DNA of 64,000 nucleotides, taken from Eledone cirrhosa. Taxonomy: Eukaryota. The DNA is taken from NCBI GenBank assembly GCA_964016885.1, contig OZ024758.1, positions 9,114,001 through 9,178,000 on the forward strand, read 5' to 3'. Within the stretch, counting starts at the first letter, position 1, and the number at the start of each line of letters is the position of its first letter. The notes beneath the pieces were generated by a model. That model worked only from the letters and a program-made list of their open reading frames with translations, was not told where the DNA came from and searched no databases. Both the position numbers and the translations under genes were made by a program. This document shows positions 37,494 through 50,118 of this stretch, piece by piece.

Positions 37494-40400
37494 TGTGTGT
37501 GTGTGTGTACATACATATATATATTGTTATACTTTGGGAGTTTCATGCTACCAATTAAAAACAGATGCACCTGTTGTTTTTCACTTCAATTTATTATAAA
37601 TTTCCGGTTGGTTGGTTGGTTCGATAACCGGATAGTTGTTTAGTTGTTTATATACTGTCAAAGCTCTTTAAACGATGATGATGATGCAGGATGCCAATAC
37701 TGTTATGTCAGGCATACTATATTGAATGTAATTGTTCTTAATCCAAGTATTATTCTGTTTCCAGACACAGAAGATGCTAGTGAGACTGATATGGTCAAAC
37801 GAGAAGAGGAGTATACAGAAATCAAGGAACAGTAAGTTACTTTTGTATTGTAACAGTTGGTTGTGGCTTCATTGTTATACTGTACTCCAGTTTCAACAGA
37901 GTCCTATATAGCTTCAATGTACTCTGATAAAGTCTCACCTGTCACTACTCCCTCTTGTTTCATTGTCTCACCTGTCACTACTCCCTCTTGTTTCATTGTC
38001 TCACCTGTCACTACTCCCTCTTGCTTCATTCTCACCTGTCACTACTCCCTCTTGTTTCATTGTCTCACCTGTCAATACTCCCTCTTGTTTCATTGTCTCA
38101 CCTGTCACTACTCCCTCTTGCTTCATTCTCACCTGTCACTACTCCCTCTTGTTTCATTGTCTCACCTGTCAATACTCCCTCTTGTTTCATTGTCTCACCT
38201 GTCACTACTCCCTCTTGCTTCATTCTCACCTGTCACTACTCCCTCTTGTTTCATTGTCTCACCTGTCAATACTCCCTCTTGTTTCATTGTCTCACCTGTC
38301 ACTACTCCCTCTTGCTTCATTCTCACCTGTCACTACTCCCTCTTGTTTCATTGTCTCACCTGTCAATACTCCCTCTTGTTTCATTGTCTCACCTGTCACT
38401 ACTCCCTCTTGCTTCATTCTCACCTGTCACTACTCCCTCTTGTTTCATTGTCTCACCTGTCAATACTCCCTCTTGTTTCATTGTCTCACCTGTCACTACT
38501 CCCTCTTGCTTCATTCTCACCTGTCACTACTCCCTCTTGTTTCATTGTCTCACCTGTCAATACTCCCTCTTGTTTCATTGTCTCACCTGTCACTACTCCC
38601 TCTTGCTTCATTCTCACCTGTCACTACTCCCTCTTGTTTCATTGTCTCACCTGTCAATACTCCCTCTTGTTTCATTGTCTCACCTGTCACTACTCCCTCT
38701 TGCTTCATTCTCACCTGTCACTACTCCCTCTTGTTTCATTGTCTCACCTGTCAATACTCCCTCTTGTTTCATTGTCTCACCTGTCACTACTCCCTCTTAT
38801 CCACTGATTGTGTAGAGATGTAGTGTGAAAGTTCCTGCAGGTTTCATTCAGATTATTTTTCATCCAAATTCTTTCTTTCTTTTGACTTAAAGACTAATAA
38901 CTTTACTCTTCATTATCATCATCATCATCATTGTTTCAATGTCTGCTTTCCCTGCTAGCGAGGGTTAGACAGGTCTGCATAGACCAAGTCAGTATAGAGG
39001 CGGTGGCTACTGTTCTCCCATACAAGCCAGGGATCTGTTGTCTTACTTATGTACAGTCTCATGTTCTATCAAGTGGACATCTCCAGTACTACATCTCCAG
39101 TACTACATCTCCAGTACTGTATGTCCAGTACTATATCTCCAGTACTATATCTCCAGTACTGCATCTCCAGTACTGCATCTCCAGTACTACATCTCCAGTA
39201 CTACATCTCCAGTACTACATCTCCAGTACTACATCTCCAGTACTATATCGCCAGTACTATATCTCCAGTACTACATCTCCAGTACTGTATGTCCAATACT
39301 ATATCGCCAGTACCATATCTCCAGTACTACATCTCCAGTACTACATCTCCAGTACTGTATGTCCAATACTATATCGCCAGTACCATATCTCCAGTACTAC
39401 ATCTCCAGTACTACATCTCCAGTACTACATCTCCAGTACTACATCTCCAGTACTACATCTCCAGTACTATATCGCCAGTACTACATCTCCAGTACTACAT
39501 CTCCAGTACCATATCTCCAGTACTACATCTCCAGTACATCTCCAGTACTGTATGTCCAATACTATATCGCCAGTACCATATCTCCAGTATTACATCTCCA
39601 GTACTACATCTCCAGTACTACATCTCCAGTACTGTATGTCCAATACTATATCGCCAGTACTACATCTCCAGTACTACATCTCCAGTACTACATCTCCAAT
39701 ACTATATCGCCAGTACCATATCTCCAGTACCATATCTCCAGTACCATATCGCTAGTACAATATCGCCAGTACTGTATCATCCACTTAATAACTATATGAT
39801 GACTGAGATTTCTGTTTATATTTCAGGATGTACCAGGATAAACTATTACAGATTAAGAACCAACTGCAACAATTACAGGATGGAGTTCTTCCTGAATATA
39901 CAAAGAAAAACAATCGGATTGAACAACAATACCGTGACCGACTGCTTAGTAATGAGATTTGGAGAGGTTATGAGGTAATATGCAAAGACTTTCATCCATT
40001 GTTGATCAATGAGTCTGTCCAATAACACTATTGATTGGATTACCATTGAAGATATTCTCTTCATGTTTTAAAGCCAGACTTTAAAAAGTCCTTCTGGCTC
40101 TTATGGCCAGTAATAGGTTTGAACTGTAGGTAAAATGAAATGGCATTTACATTAGTTTCTTAAGTTTGAATCAAACACTTAACTTATTTTCTATCATTAC
40201 ATTCGTTACATTAATTCATTGTGAGAGAAGATAAAAGTAAATATGTATTGATTTCTCTCTTTTAGTAAATGTTGTAGTCACTAAGTGGCTTTAGTTAACT
40301 ATGATCACAAACCTCTATTCTACAGAAGTAACCAAACTTACTAATGTTAGTATTGTTTTGACTCCTTATAAAGAAATCAATGAAATATTTTCACCAAAAT

Positions 40401-40539
40401 CAAGTTGTTTCAGTTATATTTAAATATTCATGTAAATACCTGAAAAAATAATCACACACATCTATTTAAAAATATATATATATATATGTGTATGTGATTA
40501 TTTTTTCAGCTTTTATATGAGTATTCAAATATAACTGAA

Positions 40540-40587
<48 letters not shown>

Positions 40588-43500
40588 TCATCATCATCAT
40601 CATTTTATGTCCGCTCTTTCCTGCTTGCAATGGTGGGACGGGTCTTATTCAGCACAGCATCTCTCCACTCGTCACGGTCCTTCGTCATCTCCACCGTGAG
40701 CTTCAACGATTGTTCTCACCACCTCCGCCCATGTTTTTCGTGGGCTACCTCTACCACGTCTTCCTTCAACTGGCATTTCCTGGCACTTCTTCACCCACCG
40801 GTCATCCTCCATGCGCATCACATGTCCATACCATTCTATCCCTCTCAGACACAGTTTCTCTCTCAACACATTCATGCTGGGTCGTTCACTCACATTTACA
40901 CTGTAAATCCAATGGAGCATGCTTGCCTCATTTCTCTCCAGCCGTCGCATATCCTCTGCAGTTGCTGCCCATGTCTCACTACCATGCAGCATCGTGCTCC
41001 TCACACAGGCATCATATAACCGGCCTTTCGTACGCAGAGAGAAACCCTTCTTCGTCAGCAGAAGAAGCAGCTCCCTAAACTTCTTCCAATCCGTCCTTAT
41101 TCTAGATACTATGGCCTCGGACCCCCCCCCCCCCTCCCGTGCTAATCTGATCTCCTAGGTACCGGAAGCTATCCACCACTTCTATAGCACCCTCCTGCAT
41201 TTGAAAAATGTGTCTATCAATGCGACTTCTACTGTCTAATTTCCCTGTACATCTACTGCATACATATTTCTCCCTACCTATTAGTTTGCCTGCTATCTCG
41301 CTACATCTCTTGTGTACCCAGGATCTGCATTGTGTATATTTTATAGAATTTATGTCAGTTCTTTTCCTACATATCGAACATGGCCATTTCCCTGACGGAA
41401 TCAGAGTATTGTCCTCTTTTCTACTCATCAACACTTTTGTCTTAGCTAGGTTCACTCTCAGTCCTCTTGCTTCCAACTCCTGTTTCCATAGCCAGAATTT
41501 ATTCTCTAGCTCCTCTACTGATTCTGCTATAAATAGTAACCCCCTCTGTAATATTTAACACTGCTAACCCAAGCATCGAGCCCACCTCGTTTCGGCTATC
41601 GGCATTTAGTATACTGTATCACACATCTCTCTCTTCCTCACTTACGATACATCTACCCTGGTGGATTGGCAGTATCGGTAGAGGGTCGGACGCCATGCTT
41701 TGCAGCAAAGAGTTCTGGCCCTTTATGGTCTGAGTTCAAATCCCGCAGAGGTTAACTTTGCCTTTCATCCTAACGGGGGTCGATAAAATAAAGTACCAGT
41801 AATACACTGAGATAATTGCTGGCCTTGTGCCAAAGAGTAGAAACAATTATATATATATATATATTGGATACTGAAACATGTGAACATTTCTATAAATTTG
41901 GAGGTCCTCTGATGAGTTTGGCTAGGGTGCACAAATAGATAAACCCCACCCTAGACTGGACAATGCCAATGCCATTGAACCATTACCTCACCTTTAGTTA
42001 TCAGTTGGGTCTAGCTGGTTCTTATTGTCTTTGGTTAACTTTCTAGCTGTGGTTTCATCCTCACCTCATATCATCTTGTGACAAAACCTTTTGTAAGAGA
42101 TTTGGCTGTTGATTTACCTGGTTTTATTTAGAAGCTTTTGGTTAACTTTTATGTCCGAGCCTGTCTGAGAGGTCCATGGCTCTGGGTAAGTAATGTCTTG
42201 ATTTGTGACAACCTGACCAACTCTTGCTAGAGGTTAAATCATCATCATCATCACTGTTTTACGTCCATTCTTCCATGCTAGCATGGGTTAGACGAGTTGT
42301 CCTGTTGTGGGCAATGCCAGGTCAGGTGACCATGTCTTGCTCATACAGAACTGATTTTGGCTTGTCTATATACTGTCTATATGCTTTAGCTTCGGCTTGT
42401 ACCCGTTGGAAGTCGGGTCTTCTGTATTATTGCATTACACCAAAGGTCTTGGTCCTGTGTCATCGCCTTTGAGAGGTGCAACTGGGCAAGATCAGCTTTT
42501 ATCACCTCATCCTAGGTCTTCTTGGGTCTCCCCACTCCTAAATGAAAAATTAAATTACGATACTATATTGCTTTTTGTGTCTGACTTTGAAGTGTTCCTG
42601 TCTACCGAATCTTATAACAATGGATGTTATATTTTGTAGCAAGAAGTTGTTGAGAAAGAATGGATTAAAGAAAAACAAGCTGCTGTTAAGGACTTTGAGG
42701 TTAGTAATGTTTGACATTGGTTTTATTTTATAATTTCTGACTAACCACTGCAACTGTTAAGATCTCAGCTATTCTGTTGTTGATCTCGGTTCCATTAATA
42801 TACTTGCTTCAGTTTACCAGAATGAAAATTTTCAGAACTTTCCAACCCTTTGAAGGTTAATAATGCCTGTATGTAGGTGTGGAGAGAATTTGAGAGAGAG
42901 ATACATTCTGCAAAGGAAGGATTGAGAAAAGTGTTTGATTTAGGATTTAGTTGATTTGACACATCAAGGATGAAAGGAGTGGGAGTAGGGGTGTATAGAT
43001 GAGTTTGGGTGGAGCTGGTATTTAAGCAGACACCATTACGATAGCAGTAGAAGAGACAAGAGAAGGAACAACACATGGTTATTCCACCCAGACAAGGATA
43101 GAAACTCCCTAATGTTGAAATTGGTTAGTAATGGTTCCACAATAAAACGTTGCTTTGCTTACTTTAATTCAAGATTTATTTTCTCTTTACTTTTTAGTTG
43201 ATAACTTCCTAAGAGAATGAATAGTTTTAATTTCATATTACAGAAGTATCTTGTTTTATCTGTCTTTCTTAAGGAAAAGAAATATGGGTTGAAGGAAAAT
43301 TTAATTGCTGAGTTTGAAGAAAAGAAAAGACATATTGAAAATGAGCGTAGCACAATGGAATTAACAGGAGGTAAGTAAATCTCATTATTGTTTAACTGTC
43401 AATCCTGATGGTGCAAACCTGTGATCAAAGATACTCTAAAATATTTTCGGACATAGTATTTCTAGGACTACATTAGCTAACGTGTTGTTCCTCTTTTTAA

Positions 43501-46500
43501 GATAGTAGAGTGAGATTTGGTTGCTAATTTTAGCAGGTTGAGCGACCCTGTAGATATTAGAGGCTTATGCAAATGTAGTTCCAGACTGCAGTTTGTTACA
43601 TAGGTCTCTTAACTGTACTTTGTCGCTACCTCTTAATATCCTATACCACATAAAGCTGTACCAGCAAAGCATTCTTGAAAAGTACAAAACTGCCCCATGA
43701 CCGCATCACATTTAACATTAAAGTTTTTATTTCTAATACTAATAATAATTTTCACAGCAATCTGTCAGTAAAGTTACTATAACAGACCTCTTCTTTCCCT
43801 GCTAAGGTTGGACATAAAACCACAAAACTGAATGAATTAGTTGGGCACCCCAATCTGAAACTAAACCCAAGAGTGGGTTATTGTTACCTTCTCCAGGCAA
43901 TAATAACCCAGCTACCGAAAGACATAACTTCTCTTCTGCATTCGATATGACCATATGTAAGCAGAATGGAGACCCCCTTAGCTTGTCTGTGAGGTCATTA
44001 GCACCACTTCAGTACTGACTTGGTTTATGTAGACCCATCCAACCCTTGCTAGCAGGGAAAGCAGACGTTAAGGGATGATGACTGAATGTAGAGTTTGGTT
44101 TGATTTTAAGATAGAGCTACTTACTTTTCCAATGTACTAAAAAAAAGTCACAGCTTCTCGTTATTGTTGAGGTTTTATGTTGTCTGTGTAGCAAGCAGTA
44201 GTTAGCAACACACCTCACTATGCTTGTGAGATATCTCCTTATTGACATCAAACACTGTTGACAGTTTCATCTATCAAAACTCCTTAATATTAATTGGGAA
44301 CAACTATGTACTAGAACAAGTAGAAATGAAAAAGATTAAGGCAATGGCTATGTTGAATTGGCCATATTTAAAGGATATACAACAATTGAATTCTAAAGAC
44401 CATCTTTTAGTCTGAATTGGTAATAGAAAAATGTCACTGTAGCCCACAACTAAGGTTCAGAGACATTGTGAAAGTGTCACACTCTACATCAAATTGTCTT
44501 TTTAGAGAAAAAGTAATGGAGAAATATCTGTCATTTCAACTGCAAAGACTTTGGAAAGGAAAAGGAAGAGCAGAAATGTCAAGTGAAGAACTAGCAATGG
44601 TTCCATGCAGAGGATGCTGTCAAATGTTACAATCAATTCTGGGTCTCTACAGTCATCTGAGAGCCTATGTTAGAAGTGAGAACAAAAGCAGTTGAAGTAG
44701 ATAGGACAACTTCTTGGATTGAGAAAGCCCACACAGTAATTATTATCACTTATCATAGAGACCAGATAAACATAATTAATCCTAGGATAAGATTGTACCT
44801 TTCTATACCTGTTATTGTTAATGAGTGATTTTCAAGGTATTTTCAAGTTATGTTTAGAAATCCTTAAACTGAAGGATATATGGGGAATTTTACAATTGTT
44901 CCACTTTTATCTGTCCTTAGATTCAATGGAAGTGAAGCCTGTTATGACCCGGAAGCTGCGGCGGAGACCTAATGACCCAATGCCATTGCCAGAAAAAAGG
45001 AGGAAACCTTCTCCTGATATCCTTTCACTATTGCTTCATTGTCCCTTTGTTTCAGAACTCTTACCCTTTATTTCTCCCTTTCACTCATATATGGTTTTTA
45101 CAAAAAAGAAAAACAAAATCCCAAAACCTGTTACTGTTTACCAAGAGAAAAAATTCATTTTGTATTCCTTAACTCTATTCACCTCAACTAAATTATATTC
45201 TTGATGAAAGTGATATTTTAGAAGATCTGAAAGCTTTAAATAAATTATGTGGACGACCTCTGCAAAAAAAACCTGTGTCACCCCCCAACAATGCAGACAC
45301 CAGTCTTCCAATGGAGGCTAAAATTGAAGATGGCCGACTTTACTATGATAAAAGATGGTAAGTACTGTGTGACTGCTGGAGATTGATATGACATCTGTGA
45401 GTAAAAAACAAATGGTAGAATATAGTTGTTGCATGATTTGGTTTTATCTATTTGTTCAAGTAACGAACACGCGAGCCGGCAGCAATGATTGGCAAAGTTT
45501 GGAGTATTGGCGAGAAAGTGTTACTTGCTATGTAGTTAGTTACTATGGTGATTTCTATCTCGCTTTCACACACAGTCTCTCTCAATATTTCATATGGGAA
45601 ATATAGTTTAAGTTTACAAACATTTTGGGTGACAAATTAAGTTTCTGAAGCGAGGTTCCACTGTAGTAATGGTTGAGTGTCCATTGTTGTCTTTATTAAG
45701 GTAACAAGAGAAGAGGGTTTTTTTTTTCCTTATCATTTATTTCACTAGCTGTGTAAAGGTTCATAAGGGAAAAAAGTATGATACACTATTTACAAAGAAG
45801 AAAATAAAAGGTTGTTAGGAATGGAATGAAGTGGTTCAATATTGAGAATGAATTAATCCATTTAGTGAGGCCATTGAGAAGGGTTATAGTAAAACATTGC
45901 CACCATTTTCATGATGGTCTGTAACGAGCAATTTATGCAAAGTCATTTTGGTTTATGGAGTGTGTGGTCTTTAGTTAGTTTGCCAAAGTTAGTCTCCAAG
46001 CTGTTGGAGAGAATGTTTATAGTTGAGATCAATCAAACCAACGCTGTGCTACCTTTGTTAGCAGTTTAATGGGGGCATAGAAGAGTGTGAAGCTTAGATT
46101 TGGAAATGTTATAATATTTGGGGCAGCTTTTAAAATTCAAAGGCTGCAAATCATGTCACAATGATAAACAGTGAAGTTATCTCAAGCTAGTTTACAATTA
46201 TGATTCATAACCTTTCTGTTACGTTGAAATATTCTCCAAAGCCATATGCCACTCCTTGAACCATCTTTCACTTTATGAAGTCACCTTGCACCACAGTTCT
46301 TTTTCAGGCACATCTTTGCCAGCAGGTGTTAATGAATGCCATTAATCTTGCTCTCCTTAACTGATTTGCAATTCAAGTTTTATTTTAGTTGTTATGGTGT
46401 GTAATTGTAGGTGTAAACATTACTACCAGACCCTGACTAACTTTCTCCTTTTTTTTAAACCTTTGATTTCACTCTTTCTGTGCCCTATCCTCCTCCTTTT

Positions 46501-49500
46501 CCCTGTCTATTATTTCACCCTTGGACCAGTCTGTAATTTTATTGTGTATTACCCCCCCCCCCCCCCCCCCCCCCGCTCACAACCAAACCTAATTCTTTCT
46601 ATACAACAGCAATATTACTGTTTACGCAACAGCAACAAATCCTGCTCTCTCCTCCATGACATACACTCCCATCTGTAGAGTGGACTCTTCTGTTGAGTCA
46701 ATGACTGACAACTTTTCTGGTGCTGATGCTATAAGAAATACACCCAGTACATCCTGTAAGTTGGTTGTTTATAGGAAGGGCACTCAGCTGTAAAAAATTT
46801 GCCAAAGAAATGGTTGGGAAGACTCTTCAGTTGTGCCATAGACATGACATCTCTAGTGCTGGTGATCTACATGATAAATGCACCCAGTACACTCTGTAAA
46901 GTGGTGAGTGATAGGAAGGGCATCTAGCCAGATATAACCAGCCAAACAAATGGTCAGAAGGACTCTTCCTCTGTATCAATGGCATGACAACTTCCCTAGT
47001 GTTGGTACCATGATAAAATGTACTTGGTAGAATGTAAGATCATATGTTGGACCCTCAGCCCACCTGGAGGAGGAGGTCAATGATGACCCTGCTTGAATAC
47101 TGACTGGTCCAACTATTGCTAAATGATGATGATGAGTATTGAGAGAATAATTCCTCCAATAAAGGGATCTGCTTGAAATGTCAACTTTCTCTTCTTCATG
47201 GCCACACTTATTCAGCTTTGTGAATTTTTTTGTATTTATTTACTGATGCTGAGCATCAGTAATTTCCCCAGATTGTACTGCTTGACTCTCATTCTCAATA
47301 ATTAGGAGTTCTGTTCTGACTTTGTAATCTCCTTATTTATTGCATGGTCCCATAACTCCTGAGGGAGTCGTAGGGGCACCGTATTGACATACAGCTTTTC
47401 TAGGGTGTTTTAAAACCTGGCAGAGCCCATCTTTCCAGGTCTGAATACAGCAGATTTCTTCCAGAGAAGGATAGAAAATAAGAGAATGGAAGTGAGAAAG
47501 AGATATCAAGGAAGAATCAAACCCAATACTTTACTGGTACTTTTTTTTTATCAATCTCGAATGGATGAAAGGCATAGTTGACCTCGGTGGAATTTGAATT
47601 TAGAGAGACAACGAATACCGCAAAGCACTCTGTCTGACTGCCAATTTGCCACTTTCCTTATTTATTAGCAACAGACTAAGAAGAGGATGTATGAGGCAGA
47701 AGGTGTTAGTGTGTAATTTGTTAGTTTATAATGATCCATGCCTCACAAATAATTCACTCTGGTTATATAGTTCATGAGAACACATAGAGAAGGATCAACT
47801 GAAATACTGTAGTATGGCAGCTATAAAAATAGTTTGGGTAGATTCATTGGTGCTAGTATTATAAAGATGGAAGTGATGGTGTTGGTATAGTGATAAGAAA
47901 CTCTCAGAAGAGCTGGATAGCAGATCTTCAGAGAAGATACCCACCAAGTAAGTGTTTCAGGCCTTAGCTTTTAGTTAATGATTCTATGAGTGTAACTGCT
48001 GTCATGACAGGGATGTAGTTACTATAATGGTAAATGCAGTTATTGCTCCTAAGAATAATAGTATAGATGTTTGTTTTGTAGTAGTACTATTGCTCTCAGC
48101 ATGTTAGCTACTGAATCGTAACTTACTAAATATAGTTATGTCAATAGTAATATGTTATTATTGAAGCTACTACTATAAACATTCTCCATACTGGAAGCGA
48201 GATCCTATCATACTGTCTATGTATTTTTAGGTTCCATAAGGGACAGCCAGTATATATTGAGGCGAAAGATATGGAGAAGATAATGGGAATTATCAGTACC
48301 ATAGGAACACAGGAGGTAAGTTCCTCGTAACTGACATCCTTATGTCGACATATGCCTCCAACAAATTTATTTTGTTGGAAATTCATTTTCTTTTAATTAC
48401 ATTAAAAGAGTAATGAAATTATCATAACCTCTCTTACAGTTTTGTAGTAAGGAATAGTTTCTTTAGAATAGAAACTAGTGTAATAGAAAAAGGAGTATAA
48501 TGGTATATTACTGGTACTTAGTTTATAAACATTGAACTGGACTAAAGTACTCAGTGTACTACTGGTTGACCATGTAGCAGTAGATTTTTGTGGGTGTGGA
48601 GAAAAAGGCGTGTGTGACATTCAAGATTCCTCCAAAGCCATTAATAATGTCACATGACGTATCATCATCATCATCATCATCATCACAGTTTAACATCTAT
48701 TTTCTTGCAACAGTTGGACGGGTCGTGTTCTGAGGCTAGACAAGTCAGGTGACCACATCTTGCTCATAAGCTTCCTAACACCTACCACTTTACATTGTGT
48801 ACTGGAAGCATTTTTTGGAGCACCAGCTCTACCACCTTACAGGGTAAACTGAATGTTTTTATTGTGACACTGCACTGCTATCTTACAGGGTGGACTGAAT
48901 GTTTTTCATCATGGCACCAGCACTACCACCTTATAGGGTAGACTGGGTATGTTTTGCCTAAATTATAAGTATCAAAATGGTATGTTTATTATATTTCAGT
49001 GAAATCATGTAATGGTTATAAGTTGTTATAATTGTTTCTACTTTTGGCACAAGGCCGGTAAATACCCAGTGTATTACTGGTACTTTATTACACTGGGTAA
49101 TAAGTTGTTATAAATAACATGTAAAAAGGTTATTCAAAATATTTACATAGTGAGGAAAAAAAAACTATTAATGAGCAATAATATTTTGAAGGTGGTGAAT
49201 TAGTTGTTAGAAGATTGGGTAGAATGCTTTGCGGCATTCTGTCTCCCAGCTATTTCAAATCCTGCCGAGGTCAACTTTGCCTTTCATCCATTCGAGGTAG
49301 ATAAAAAAGTGCCAGTCAAGTACAAGTTGATTCTTTCTCTATATCTCTATCCTTCTCTGGAAGAAATCACCTGTATTCAAACCTGAACAGAAGGGCTCCA
49401 ACTTTTAAAAAATACCCTAGAAACACTGTATCCTCAATACAGTACCCCTACAATACACTACAATACCTTACAATTCCCTCGGCTGTTATGGGACAATGCA

Positions 49501-50118
49501 ATAATATTTTCAGCCAGCAATAGATTGATGACTGAGGAATATTTCTATGTTTAAAACAAGTCCAAGAGAGAATTCCTGATATTTGATCTTATTGTGTTCT
49601 CAATACTTGTCAAAGTAGTGATGAAAGAATCGGTGTAAGATCAGGTGACAGATTTGTTTAGAAGTCAGAGATGTTATCTGCATGAAAAACAATAGTTAAG
49701 TTGCTGTTAATATATTTATTGTACATTTACTTAATGATTCTTTCATTAGTACTTTGGCAAGTACAGTGTAGACTTAATGAACTTAAAATATGTCCAGTTG
49801 TTTCTCTCTCTCGTATTTGATACAAAAGCGAAAATGTAAGTCATTGATTAATATGTCTTTTCCTCACCACATTTCTAGTTATTTTTTAAAAGCCCCTTGA
49901 AGTGAATAAAATAGCAGTAACTTAACTATTGCTTTTCATGCCGATGGTGATTTTTAGATTGTTTATTACCAATTCTTGAAAAGATGTAATTGAAAACATC
50001 AAACTATTTTGTATATTTTCAGATCTTGGTGAAACGTTGTGACAACAACAGCAAGCTGCGTATATACTTGACACAGCTGCAGAAAGGCAAATATATTATG
50101 TGTCGCCGTTCTATGTGA
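33256..50118 (+). CDS. SUDS3: Sin3 histone deacetylase corepressor complex component SDS3, complete, 311 aa
   Basis: Exons join(33256..33367,37765..37831,39827..39974,42640..42699,43274..43370,44921..45016,45183..45357,48231..48315,50023..50118), 936 nt in frame. [80 protein letters not shown] at 50575-50580. Confidence 0.95.
34076..34419. mobile_element. Tc1/mariner-like MITE
   Basis: GGGTGTCCCAAAAA / TTTTTGGGGACACCCTG TIRs next to TA. Confidence 0.7.
34168..34296 (+). mobile_element. Same SINE family with ~20-bp TSD, nested in a MITE
   Basis: ATTATTTAAATTATGTAAAC duplicated on both flanks. Confidence 0.9.
34518..34579 (+). ncRNA. Minimal type I hammerhead ribozyme (SUDS3 intron 1, sense)
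   Basis: TTTTAT-CTGATGA-[GGACGTACT..AGTACCTCT]-GAAA-TATATA-TA-ATAAAA; the element is flanked by (TA)n on both sides. Confidence 0.8.
35121..36338. repeat. G-rich compound minisatellite GGGGGTGATAGACYATATTA(GT)n
   Basis: More than 30 units with a fixed core and variable (GT)n and G-run lengths. Confidence 0.95.
36636..36827. mobile_element. Mariner-like MITE
   Basis: TATGAGGGTCGGTTGAGAAGTTCATA / TATGAACTTTTCAGCTCACCCTCGTA. Confidence 0.8.
37933..38797. repeat. 33-bp minisatellite with 97-bp higher-order repeat (33+33+31)
   Basis: CTCACCTGTCACTACTCCCTCTTGTTTCATTGT; the 31-bp variant recurs every 97 nt (38024, 38121...). Confidence 0.95.
39077..39775. repeat. 14-bp minisatellite CATCTCCAGTACTA with variants
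   Basis: About 50 tandem units. Confidence 0.95.
40585..41530 (-). mobile_element. RTE-clade LINE 3' end with (GAT)n tail
   Basis: [64 protein letters not shown]. Confidence 0.85.
41659..41850 (+). mobile_element. Same SINE family, full length
   Basis: A/B boxes, core and tail. Confidence 0.9.
45017..45182 (+). other. U12-type AT-AC intron in SUDS3
   Basis: Starts ATATCCTTT, branch site TTCCTTAAC at 45165-45173, ends CAC; removal gives ...KPSP-A-QLNY, the SDS3 sequence. Confidence 0.95.
47520..47652 (-). mobile_element. Same SINE family, diverged
   Basis: GGATGAAAGGCATAGTTGACCTCGG on the + strand. Confidence 0.7.
49028..49325. mobile_element. Two SINE fragments in opposite orientation (49028-49089 -, 49190-49325 +)
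   Basis: Tail fragment with ATAAGTTGTTATAA TSD; second copy has CCGAGGTCAACTTTGCCTTTCATCC. Confidence 0.75.

Noticed and set aside
37857-39978. Six long ORFs of 250-316 aa
   Set aside because: Translations of stop-free minisatellites, open in all frames; only 39827-39974 is a real exon.
47240-47262. Perfect 11-bp-arm palindrome TTACTGATGCT-G-AGCATCAGTAA
   Set aside because: Too short to interpret; may be chance or an excision footprint.
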